DNA of 64,000 bases, taken from NCBI GenBank assembly GCA_964291265.2, contig OZ219747.1, positions 3,200,001 through 3,264,000 of the forward strand, given 5' to 3'. The position numbers and the translations under genes are program-made. The notes below the pieces were generated by a model. It made no database searches and was not told where the DNA came from. It was given only the letters and a program-made list of their open reading frames with translations. Within the stretch, counting starts at the first letter, position 1, and the number at the start of each line of letters is the position of its first letter. This DNA comes from Alphaproteobacteria bacterium. Its GTDB lineage: Bacteria > Pseudomonadota > Alphaproteobacteria > SP197. Of the stretch, positions 46,328 through 55,463 are shown piece by piece.

Positions 46328-47817
46328 GTCTTGTTCCTGGCGCTGGCTTCGGGCCTGTCGTAGGCGTCGAGAGCGGTCCCCCGCGGCGTCGTGCCACGGC
46401 CGCCGCGGCCGTCGTCGGCGATGCTGAGGGGCGGCAGGCCCTGCTCCCGGCGGCGCTCCTCGATGATGACGCGCACGGTTTCGGGGTGGCACGAGCCGCG
46501 CTCCAGCGCCGTGGCGACAGCCCGGTCGAGAGCGTCGGCGCCGTGCGCGTTGAGAAGCGTCTCCAGCATCCGGGCGCAGGAGGCCACGTTGCGCCCGTTG
46601 GTCCCGGCGCGCGCCAGCATCTCCTCGGCCCGCGGCACGGTGCGCAGGACCCGGTCGCGGACGCTCATGGAGCGGGCCCGCCGCTTGCCCGCGGCGATCG
46701 CCCTGGCATGCTCCGGATCGGTGACGGCCTGCTTCCTGTCGTAGGAGCGTCGGTGGCGCGCGACCTCGTCGGCGCCGTCGAGGATGCGAACCTCGTCGCG
46801 GTCGGCGACCAGCGTCAGCAGGGCCTTGGAGAAGCTACCCGGAACGCTGTAGTCGTTGGTGTCGAAGCGGGCGTGGCAGGTCTTGTCGATGCGCACCGGG
46901 CGGACCTCGTGATGCGGGAAGGGGTCGACGGGAAGGACGATCAGGTGCTCCCTCTCCCGGGCGAAGGCGTCCCGCACCAGGAGACTGTCGTCGTCCGGCC
47001 AGGGCCGCTCCGCGGCGGCGCCGAAGCACCACTCCCGAACTGCGGCGTTGAGCTCGCCGAGCGGGACCGTGATGTCGCGCCCGGCGAAGAACCCGGTGCG
47101 CGCGAAGCGCACACGGCGTTCCACGCGGCCCTTCTCCTGCGGGCTCCTGGGCCAGGCGGCGCTCGGTTCGAAGGCATAGTGGGCCGCGAGGCCGAGCAGC
47201 ATCGGATGATAGGTGACCGCCTTGCCGCGGCGCGTCACCACGGCACTCTTCAGGTTGTCGTACAGAAGCCTCCGCGGCACACCCCCGAATGCCGCGAAAG
47301 CCTCGACATGGCCTTGCAGGAAGCTGGCCATCCGCGCGTCGTGGAACAGGCTCAGGACAGTCTGGCGCGAGTAGCTGAGGGTGACGAGAAGCCCCATGAG
47401 CCTGCGCTCCGCCCGGCCAATGCGGACCTTCCCGAACTCGGCCCAGTCAACCTGCGCCTGCTCGCCCGGAAGGAAGCTCAGCCGCAGCGACGGCTCGGGC
47501 CTCTTCACCGGCCTCAGCCCAAGGCGGCGCAGGTCGTGACGGAAGTGATCCTCGCCGCCGCGGTAGCCCAGAGCCACGACCTGTCGCCAGAGCGTGCTGG
47601 CCGGAAGGTCCGGCGACGCCTCAAGACGCTCCCCGAGGAAGGCAACGAAGGGGTCGATGAGCTTGGCCCGCGGCCGCCGCTCCTGCCCCGACGCCTTGAG
47701 CGCCCGCGTCACCGTGCCGTGGTGCACGCCGAGATGCCGGGCAATCGTCCCCACAGCCCAGCCCTCGGCCCGCGACAGCCGCACGATCGTCGCCCGCGTG
47801 TCCTCGTCGATCGCCAT
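46324..47817 (-). CDS. istA: IS21 transposase
   Basis: PGEQAQVDW, YDNLKSAV, EKGRVER and FDTNDYSVP. Confidence 0.94.
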   Translation of the reverse strand: MAIDEDTRATIVRLSRAEGWAVGTIARHLGVHHGTVTRALKASGQERRPRAKLIDPFVAFLGERLEASPDLPASTLWRQVVALGYRGGEDHFRHDLRRLGLRPVKRPEPSLRLSFLPGEQAQVDWAEFGKVRIGRAERRLMGLLVTLSYSRQTVLSLFHDARMASFLQGHVEAFAAFGGVPRRLLYDNLKSAVVTRRGKAVTYHPMLLGLAAHYAFEPSAAWPRSPQEKGRVERRVRFARTGFFAGRDITVPLGELNAAVREWCFGAAAERPWPDDDSLLVRDAFAREREHLIVLPVDPFPHHEVRPVRIDKTCHARFDTNDYSVPGSFSKALLTLVADRDEVRILDGADEVARHRRSYDRKQAVTDPEHARAIAAGKRRARSMSVRDRVLRTVPRAEEMLARAGTNGRNVASCARMLETLLNAHGADALDRAVATALERGSCHPETVRVIIEERRREQGLPPLSIADDGRGGRGTTPRGTALDAYDRPEASARNKT

Positions 47818-47849
47818 GAACTCCCTCCCTTTGGTTCCTCAACGCCGCA

Positions 47850-48380
47850 TCACAGGTCCCTCAGCACCACATGCGTCACGACCCGTCCGCACCGGGCGCA
47901 CCGAAGCGGCGATTCGCGTCGCTCTTGCGCCTTCACAACCGCAGGTAGGGAGGTCGGCAGCAGTCGGGAAGGGTGGTCCGTAACGATTTCTTCGGAACCG
48001 GCGTCTCCAGACACCGCCGGAACGTCGCCAAGCAGCACCACAGCAGACGTCTGCGTGTCCATGATCTCGGCAACCATCGCCGCCCTGGCCTTCAACGCAC
48101 GCGCCTCCTCCGCCTTGCGGAGCCGGTAACGCCGCTGGCGGTGACGGCCCGTCTCACGGCCCTTCAGCGTGCTCTGGTAGCGACGACGCGACGCGCGGCG
48201 CCGCTCGATCCGGGACCGCTCCCTGCACTCCTTGGAGCAATACACATGCCCCCGGTCACACGACCGGCAGAGAACAACCTGCCGCTGACACCGCCTGCAG
48301 TTGAACAGTCGTCCCGTCGTGCACACGATCCGTCTCGAGAGCGGGGGTGGACCCGGACGCAAAATGGCTCGACAATACAC
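47850..48380 (-). CDS. Cys-rich (putative zinc-finger) basic protein upstream of istA; start uncertain
   Basis: CRRC..C..CDRG..YCSKEC, Arg-rich helix, C-terminal CARCG. Confidence 0.7.
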   Translation of the reverse strand: MYCRAILRPGPPPLSRRIVCTTGRLFNCRRCQRQVVLCRSCDRGHVYCSKECRERSRIERRRASRRRYQSTLKGRETGRHRQRRYRLRKAEEARALKARAAMVAEIMDTQTSAVVLLGDVPAVSGDAGSEEIVTDHPSRLLPTSLPAVVKAQERRESPLRCARCGRVVTHVVLRDL

Positions 48381-48812
48381 GGGAGTTCGGTCCCCCGTGA
48401 CCGGCTCGTCCGGGTGCTGCGCCGGGGGGCGTCACAACTCCGCCCGGCATCGCATCGCTCTTTCTCTTGATGCCGATCTAGCATCCACCCGGGGCGGCGG
48501 CAAAGACGCCGCCCCGGGACCGGACAACGCGACCCGCCCACAGGGAAGACAAACAATCCCGCGAGTGCCTCGGAACCGGAACCCTCCCGGCAACCGTCAC
48601 CAAAACCGAAGCAGAGGTCGACGGAACAACCCGAACCGGACCAAAACGACAATAGGAAAAGACGGCGGCGCTCGGGGAGACAACCAGCCGAACACTCAAA
48701 CCACGACAACAGGACGTGACAATAGGACCTGACAACAGGGAAGAAACACGACCCTGACAAAGCGCGGCAAATCGCCGAAATCCCGCCGTTCTATGCAGCC
48801 ATCAACAAAGCT

Positions 48813-49420
48813 CCGGTTCCGTTCGCGCCAGGTGGGTGAGAGCGGCGATGCGCCAGGCAATCACCGCGTTGATGGCCACGGCCCGTTCGATGCGTCCCCC
48901 GGTACGATGCGCGATCGTCTCCACCTTGCAGCCCGACTTGAGGATCCTGTGCCAGTCCTCGATCCACCACCTCAACCCGTAGAGCCGCACCACCTCGCGG
49001 GCCTGGTGCAGGCTCGTGACAGGCAGGGTCGTGAGCAGGGTCCACGACACCGGTTGTGACCCGTCGTCGGGCCTGTCCACCTCCCCGGCATGGATCGCGG
49101 TCAGCACCACCGGCTCCGCTCCGAAGCGCGCCCTTGTGTGTGCAGGCGGCGGGATCTCGAGTGTCAGTCAGCGCAGGCTCACCTGCGCCTGGCGCCTCGC
49201 TCGCCCGACGGAGGCCTTCTGCGCCCCTGTCGAACGTCGCCCCGACAATCGCTCCACCGTGAGGGAGAACTGTCCGCCTTCCGGCGCCGTGCGCACACGC
49301 TCGAACAGCTTGGGCCGGCCGCGGCCGAAGCTGCGGTCATGGCGCGCCCGCACCAGCAGCGCCAGACGGCGGCAGCCCGCCGCACGGTGCTCGTGGCACC
49401 GCAACACCATGAAGGAAGCG
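48813..49420 (-). pseudogene. IS4-family (IS50/Tn5-like) transposase, central piece, frameshifted
   Basis: LLVRARHDR, WTLLTT, YGLRWWIEDWHRILKSGC (YREK motif); joins the 43455 piece as EPEL/PAR. Confidence 0.85.
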
Positions 49421-49770
49421 GCATGAACTGGAGACTTGTGCTTGGCGCCACCCCGCTTGCCCTTTTCGCTATGGTCGCTCCCGCGAATGCCGATCCATGT
49501 GAAGGTCCTCTACCCAATCGGCCTGGCGTCGAGTTCTCGGGCAGGACTTTCCTACGCTACGGCTGATTTTTCGGGAAGCCGATGAATCGCGCCCGAATCG
49601 ACCATCTGATCTTTCGCGAGGCCGACGAATCGAGGCCGAATCGGGATGTCCTGGACGGATTCCGTGGCTTCAGTGCCGTCCGCATGGCGACACCGGCAGC
49701 GTTTTCGGCCCGGATGCTTGGTTCTTGATGTTCTAGCAGCGTTCCGGGGTCCCCGGACGCTCAAGGCGTC

Positions 49771-51789
49771 TCAGGGCCGGGTCAGGGCGTTGATGGCCTC
49801 GCGACGGTCCAGTTGTAGGCGGCGCCGGGTTTCGGCGAGGCTTTCGGCCTCGCGGCGGTTGGCGAAGATCACCGCGAGCGCGATGTTGTTGAGGCTGGCC
49901 CGGTTCGCCGGGCCGTTGTCGGTGCGGGTCAGGCAGGCGTCTTCGCCGAAGACGCAATCCCTTTGTCGATGGTTCAGATTTTCCACGGCCCAGTGGCGGC
50001 GGTTCAGTCGCAGCAACTCTTCCGGCGACGTGGCCCCCGTATCGAGAGAGGTGATGATGTAATCGGTTTCCGTGTAATCCTTCTCTTCTTGCTTCCCGGC
50101 ATCGCCGGAGCCTTTCTTCCCGGCATCGCCGGGGCCTTTCTTCCCGGCATCGCCGGGGCCTTTCTTCCCGGCATCGCCGGGGCCTTTCTTCCCGGCATCG
50201 CCGGAGCCTTCCTTCCCGGCATCGCCGGAGCCTTCCTTCCCGGCATCGCCGGGGCCTTCCTTCCCGGCATCGCCGGAGCCTTCCTTCCCGGCATCGCCGG
50301 AGCCTTTCTTCCACGGCTCCCGATAGCGGGTGATGCGGGCGACCTGACGGACGCCCGGATAGTTGATCAGACCGTCCAACGGGACGAGGACGCTGATCGA
50401 ACGCTGCTCCAGTCGACCGTGCGCCTTGTCGAACGGCTCCGTGAAGTGGCCGGTAGCGTCTTTTTGCCAATTGATGCTGTCGAGGATGGCGAAGGTCTCC
50501 GGAGCGTTGCCCTTGACGACGAAGACGTAATCCGCGCGTTGTGTGATCAGCTTCGCGGTATGGCGTGTCGTGTGCAGCGCGTCGAGGGTGATCACCTTGC
50601 CGCCGATGTCGCTGCGCTCCAGGAGATCGTGCATGGCCGCCAGTTCGCCGCCTTCGTCGTTGAAGTTCAGGAGGGAAAAGGGCGCGCCGGTCTCATGGTC
50701 GACAAGGGCCACGGTCTCGTGACGGCCATCGCCGTTGCGGTTGGCGCCGCGGATGCGCTTGCCGTCGGCGGCGAGTGCACGGGCGAGGTGAAGCCGAGGC
50801 CGGGACCAGCGGGTGAGCACATCCTCCAGAGCCTCGGGGTCGATCGACTGGATAACCCGGTGGATGGTGGACTTGGAGACGGGCTCGCGAAGCCCCGTCT
50901 TCGGGTTAAGCCAGGCGCCGATGGCCTCCAACTCCTCCTGGGACAGGGACCGCGCGAACTGCGCGGCGGCGACACAGCCCTTCATGTTGGCGAACTCGGC
51001 GAGCACGTGCACGGTGAGCACCGATGCCGCGGTATGCTTCCTTCCCTGCGCCCGGCGGAAGTCGGGAATGGCCGCGAGCTCGGCGTAGAGCGAGCGCAGC
51101 ACCTTGGGGTCCCGGGGCGCCAGTTCGGGGCATGAGGGCGGCGCCACGTCGGGGGGAAGCGGCAGTGGGCTCGACAGCAGCGCCCGGGCATCGCGCCTCA
51201 GTGCCGTAACGTAGATATCCTTGGGCTTGCCGTGAGGATCGGTGTAACGCCCGTTGGAGCGGGCAAACCCCTTGGTCTCACCCAGACACGTCCAGCCCGC
51301 AGCCTTCAACATCGTGCCGGCAAAGATCTCCGGATCGCAGAACGTCTCCGCCAGCAACACCCCGTGGCCGTGCACCTGCAGCCAATCGTCACAGAGCCGG
51401 CGCGTCATGCACGCAAGGAAACAGGAAGCAAGGTTCGCAAACACCCCGGGCTTGGAGAGGATCAAGAACCGCGTGTTGTTGGCTACCATCGAGAGCCGCT
51501 GGAACTGCTGCTCCGGCTTCCAGCCGGTCCACTGGTCGCGGGGAGCGCACTTGAAGGCGCCGTTCTGCCACGCCGCCAGCCCCAGCCAATGGCCCCTGAA
51601 GGTCGCAAGGTAGCGCAGACCGCGACCCGCCAGGCGACGGAAGCCGAGATAGTGGTGCTTGTTCATCAGCGCGTCCCACAGCGGACGCTCCTCCGGCCTC
51701 GCCAGGCGAACATCGACCTCAGACAGGGAAAAACCCTCAGGTGCTTCCTGATGGATCGGGACAGCTTCCATGAGCTTGCGAATCGACAT
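49771..51789 (-). CDS. DUF4338 (DruA-like)-ISAs1 transposase fusion with an internal octapeptide repeat
   Basis: N-terminal HHYLG...LRY...RDQWTGW...NNTRFLIL; C-terminal ADGKRIRG, TLDALHT, VKGN, HWAVENLNH..D..FGED. Confidence 0.88.
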   Translation of the reverse strand: MSIRKLMEAVPIHQEAPEGFSLSEVDVRLARPEERPLWDALMNKHHYLGFRRLAGRGLRYLATFRGHWLGLAAWQNGAFKCAPRDQWTGWKPEQQFQRLSMVANNTRFLILSKPGVFANLASCFLACMTRRLCDDWLQVHGHGVLLAETFCDPEIFAGTMLKAAGWTCLGETKGFARSNGRYTDPHGKPKDIYVTALRRDARALLSSPLPLPPDVAPPSCPELAPRDPKVLRSLYAELAAIPDFRRAQGRKHTAASVLTVHVLAEFANMKGCVAAAQFARSLSQEELEAIGAWLNPKTGLREPVSKSTIHRVIQSIDPEALEDVLTRWSRPRLHLARALAADGKRIRGANRNGDGRHETVALVDHETGAPFSLLNFNDEGGELAAMHDLLERSDIGGKVITLDALHTTRHTAKLITQRADYVFVVKGNAPETFAILDSINWQKDATGHFTEPFDKAHGRLEQRSISVLVPLDGLINYPGVRQVARITRYREPWKKGSGDAGKEGSGDAGKEGPGDAGKEGSGDAGKEGSGDAGKKGPGDAGKKGPGDAGKKGPGDAGKKGSGDAGKQEEKDYTETDYIITSLDTGATSPEELLRLNRRHWAVENLNHRQRDCVFGEDACLTRTDNGPANRASLNNIALAVIFANRREAESLAETRRRLQLDRREAINALTRP
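50092..50307. repeat. 24-bp tandem repeat x9 encoding (K/E)G(S/P)GDAGK
   Basis: Read directly; in frame within the transposase. Confidence 0.93.
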
Positions 51790-52294
51790 GACCGGACCGT
51801 CGCACATCCCAAGCGGGATGGCCAGCGGAAAATGTCCGCGCGCGTGCAACATACGAACGCCTGACGTCAAGTGAAATCAAGCGAATTCCAGCGTGGGAAG
51901 GCCTTGAGTTCTCGGGTACGGTTCGATATGTCGGCGACGGTGATATCCTCTGTGTGGGTCAGACGGCCGACCCGGATCATTGGATCGAAGTTCGGACCGC
52001 GGACTTCGATGCCCTGGAACTTCACAAGCCGGGTGGTGAAGCGGCCAAGGCAGCACTTGTTCGATTGGCCCTTGGCCAGCCTGTCGCTTGCACCACAGCA
52101 CGAGGTCGAAGTGGCCGTGTCGTTTCCTTCGACCGGGTGATCGTCCGCTACCGTATCGGCTCCACGAGCATCGGAGACCTGCTCCGTCGGGCTGGCGTTG
52201 CCGAAGGTGGGAACTGACGACCGCCGACCGAGTAGGGAGCCAGTTCGACGGTCGGTCGGAGCCTCGCTCATGGCACAGGCGGGCAGCGCCAGAT

Positions 52295-52347
52295 TGTCCG
52301 AAAAATGCGGCAAACTTCCGACAGGACTTGTTGCTGTCCGAAAAATG
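52295..52347 (+). promoter_or_regulatory. Putative autoregulatory operator of the AbiE pair
   Basis: TGTCCGAAAAATG at 52295 and 52335, with a related inverted half-site (TTCCGACA) between them, just before the ATG. Confidence 0.5.
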
Positions 52348-52362
52348 TATCATATATAGGAC

Positions 52363-53073
52363 ATGGCGACCTCAGCACACAATGGTGACCTTCGCTCACG
52401 GCTCCTCGCCCGGATCGCCTCCAGCCCGAACGAAGTCTGGACGCCCGGTGATTTCGCCGATCTTGGCGGCCGCGCCGCCGTCGACAAGACCCTGCAGCGC
52501 CTCACCGCCGCAGGCGATCTGCGCCGTATCGACCGCGGTCTCTACGATCAGCCCCGCAAGAATGAGCTGACCGGTCGCTCCACCGTGCCCGATTATCGCG
52601 CCGTCATCCGCGCTGTCATCCGTCGCGACCAGGCGCGCGCCGTGGTGGACGGTATGACTGCTGCCAACGATCTCGGCCTCACCACTGCCGTGCCGGCGCA
52701 CATCGAGGTGCTGGTCGACGCGCGTCTGAAGCCGATCAAGCTCGGTAGCCAAGAAATCCACTTCAAGTTCGCCGCGCCCAGTCGCCTCTATTGGGCCGGC
52801 CGGCCAGCGATGCGCGTTGTCCAGGCGCTGCACTGGATGCAGGACATGCTTGCGCAGGACGATGAGCGCACCCGCGTCCAAGCCGCGCTGCACCGCCTTT
52901 TCGCAGACCCGCAGCACGGGCAGGTCATCCGCGATGATCTGAGCGCCGGCCTCTCCGCGCTTCCGATCTGGATGCAGGAGTTCCTGCGAGGCCTGCTGGC
53001 GCAACCGATGCAGACGAGCGCCAGTCATGACCAACGCCGCGTACAGGCAGATCATCGCCGCGCCGCCGGCTAA
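52363..53073 (+). CDS. DUF6088/AbiEi-like type IV antitoxin
   Basis: wHTH DFADLG.RAAVDKTLQRL...RIDRGLY; AANDLGLTTAVP; upstream of the toxin. Confidence 0.85.
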   Translation: MATSAHNGDLRSRLLARIASSPNEVWTPGDFADLGGRAAVDKTLQRLTAAGDLRRIDRGLYDQPRKNELTGRSTVPDYRAVIRAVIRRDQARAVVDGMTAANDLGLTTAVPAHIEVLVDARLKPIKLGSQEIHFKFAAPSRLYWAGRPAMRVVQALHWMQDMLAQDDERTRVQAALHRLFADPQHGQVIRDDLSAGLSALPIWMQEFLRGLLAQPMQTSASHDQRRVQADHRRAAG

Positions 53074-54064
53074 CCGGCTTGATCTGTTTCTCACCACCGC
53101 CAATCGGCTCGGCACGCCGATCGGCAATGTCGAAAAGGATTTCTGGGTCTGCTGGACTCTGAACGCGCTCTATCACGAGCGGCCCGCCGACGGGCCGCGC
53201 CTCCTGTTCAAGGGCGGCACCTCGTTGTCGAAGGCCTATGGTCTGATCGAGCGCTTCTCCGAGGACATCGACGTCACCGTCTTCCGCGACGACCTCAATG
53301 AGGCCGCTTTGGTCGAGGAACTGGAGGCCCTGTCGAACAAGAAACGCCGCGCCAGGCTCGATGCAATCCGGGACGCGTGCCGTGCCTACATCACAGGCCC
53401 GCTCCACGAATTCCTCAGTGCGCAACTTGCCGACGCCACCAATGGCACCGGGCGTGTCGAGATCGACGAAGCCGATCCCGACGGACAGACATTGCTGGTC
53501 TGGTATCCCGAGGTCGAGCCGCGCGACGGCGCCTATGTTCGGCCGGCCGTGCGGATCGAGTCCGGCGCGAAGTCAGCGCTCGATCCCAACCGTCCCGTTA
53601 CAATTCGACCCTATGTCAGTGAGGAGGTCGGTCAGCTCGATCTGACGGTCGCCGACGTCACCACGATCAAACCCACGCGCACCTTCTGGGACAAGGTGGT
53701 GATCGCCCATGGCTTGCGGCGCTGGTACGAGCGGCGTGGTGTGCTTCGGCAGGAAGGCCAGCGCGTGTCGCGGCACTATTACGACCTGCATTGCCTGCTC
53801 GGTTCGGAGGTCGGACAAGCGGCGCTTGTGGACCCCAGCCTCGGCGCTGATTGCGTGCGCCATGCGCGCATGTTCTTCGACCGCCCGGACTATGATCTGG
53901 CTTCCGCAGCACCTGGCACATTCGCGATCGCGCCGGTCGGCGGGATGATTGACGCGCTCAGCGGTGACTATGCCAACACGACGGCCATGATTTTTGGTAC
54001 GGCGCCCGAGTTCGATGCCGTCCTTGCATCCATCAACGAAATCGACCGCACAATAAATCGATAG
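53027..54064 (+). CDS. Nucleotidyltransferase AbiEii/AbiGii-family toxin
   Basis: VEKDFWV, FKGGTSLSK, RFSEDID, RTFWDK and SRHYYD. Confidence 0.92.
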   Translation: MTNAAYRQIIAAPPANRLDLFLTTANRLGTPIGNVEKDFWVCWTLNALYHERPADGPRLLFKGGTSLSKAYGLIERFSEDIDVTVFRDDLNEAALVEELEALSNKKRRARLDAIRDACRAYITGPLHEFLSAQLADATNGTGRVEIDEADPDGQTLLVWYPEVEPRDGAYVRPAVRIESGAKSALDPNRPVTIRPYVSEEVGQLDLTVADVTTIKPTRTFWDKVVIAHGLRRWYERRGVLRQEGQRVSRHYYDLHCLLGSEVGQAALVDPSLGADCVRHARMFFDRPDYDLASAAPGTFAIAPVGGMIDALSGDYANTTAMIFGTAPEFDAVLASINEIDRTINR

Positions 54065-54398
54065 TACGCGACGTGAGTTTCACGTCGCCGCAACCCCGCA
54101 AGGACGTCTGGTCCCTCGAAAGGGATTGGCGGCGCGCCCTCAACCGATAGAATCCAGGCGACCGGGCATGCGTGCAACCGTGCTGACGTGAGCATGGCCT
54201 TTTTCACGGTCTGGCTGGCGGAACGCTTGCCGTCATGCCCTTCGGGCGATGGACCGTTTGGCATGCGCGAGCCGGCAACGCCTCTTTTCGGATCGATCTG
54301 GTCTCGGGACGCTATCTGGAAACGGGCTTGATTCGCCGGAGGCCGGGAAAACCCGGTAAAATCAAGGCTGTATAGAAGGTTCAAAATATCCCGTCATA

Positions 54399-55233
54399 TT
54401 CGGGTCAAGTCTCTTGTCCCGTCACCTTCACTGGCCTGACGCCGGGAACCGGATGTGCGGTTTCCGGTTGGCAGGAATTTTCCGGCCCGTGGCGACGGAT
54501 AAAGCAGCTGGGGCCTGGTCGGCGAACCGGCCTCGGGCGTGTTCACTGTTGTCTGAGCGATGCGATCTGGGCGTAGACGACGCCGGCCAGGATGACGAGG
54601 CCGCCGGCGATCTGTGCGGGCTGAAGCACGGTGCCGAACCAGGCAGCGAGGCCGATGGCCGCGACCGGCACCAGGTTCCCCCACAAGGTCATGGGCGTGA
54701 CGCCCAGCCTGTTGACCCCGACGTGCCACATGAGATTGCCGAGCGCGATCGGGACGACGCCGATGGTGACGGCGAGTGCGATTGTCGTGTCGGTCAGCGG
54801 CGCATGCAGGGTCACGAGGCCGGATGCCCATGCGATCGACACTGCGGCCGTGAGAAGGGCGCTTCCCGGCAGGATGGTGTAGGCGGCGATTTCCGTCTGG
54901 CTGAAGCCCTTGAACCAACGCTGTGCGGCGACCGAATGCCATGTCCAGGTCACAAGGGCGAGAAGCATGAACCCTTCGCCGCCCGTCACGCTCGCATTCG
55001 AGAATTCGTGGATCTTGACCACGAGTCCGCCGGTCACCGCCAGGGTGATGCCGATGATGATGCCCCGGGCAGGTGGAATGGCGAAGAACACCCTGGCCAC
55101 CACGGCGGCGATGAGGGGCGCCATGGCGTAGACGATGGCAACGGCAACGGATCCGGCCGAGAAGACGGCAAGGGTGGTCAGCAGCGAGGCGCAGAACGGA
55201 CCCGTGAATCCGAGGATCGCCATGCGTCGCCAG
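54399..55233. repeat. Direct repeat copy B (partner at 42301-43161)
   Basis: See copy A. Confidence 0.93.
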
Positions 55234-55463
55234 GGGAGCGCTCGGTGGATCGGGAAACGCCGTGTACGCACCCACAGCAACGTGACGAGGAGAGTGGCTC
55301 CGATGACCTGGCGCGACAGGGTCGTCGAGAGGATGTCCCAGTGATCCAGCAGCAGTTCGATCAGGGGAAAGTTCATGCCCCAGGCAACGACGAGAACGAG
55401 CGCTGCTCCGTTTCCGGAGAGCAGCGCACTGCGGGTGGGGGAGGGCGCCGGCGGCGCGTCCAA
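54543..55463 (-). CDS. DMT/EamA-family transporter (intact)
   Basis: About 10 hydrophobic segments; WGMNF, P..A..GGLVILAGV. Confidence 0.88.
   Translation of the reverse strand: MDAPPAPSPTRSALLSGNGAALVLVVAWGMNFPLIELLLDHWDILSTTLSRQVIGATLLVTLLWVRTRRFPIHRALPWRRMAILGFTGPFCASLLTTLAVFSAGSVAVAIVYAMAPLIAAVVARVFFAIPPARGIIIGITLAVTGGLVVKIHEFSNASVTGGEGFMLLALVTWTWHSVAAQRWFKGFSQTEIAAYTILPGSALLTAAVSIAWASGLVTLHAPLTDTTIALAVTIGVVPIALGNLMWHVGVNRLGVTPMTLWGNLVPVAAIGLAAWFGTVLQPAQIAGGLVILAGVVYAQIASLRQQ

Larger units (their letters stand above)
43461..48807 (-). mobile_element. IS21-family element with passenger genes (5347 bp)
   Basis: TG...CA ends; IRs TGTCGGCGGCGATTTAGAACGGCGGGAT / TGTTGATGGCTGCATAGAACGGCGGGAT; 5-bp TSD AAGCT at 43456-43460 and 48808-48812. 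Confidence 0.92.
49542..51906 (-). mobile_element. ISAs1-family element
   Basis: IRs CAGGACTTTCCTACGCT / CAAGGCCTTCCCACGCT; 10-bp TSD AGTTCTCGGG at 49532-49541 and 51907-51916. Confidence 0.92.
49423..52217 (+). pseudogene. Secreted thermonuclease (SNase-like) gene split by ISAs1 (49423-49541 + 51917-52217)
   Basis: Rejoined 139 aa: signal peptide, EFSG|TVRYVGDGDILCV, EVRTADFDALE, SFDRVI. Confidence 0.8.
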
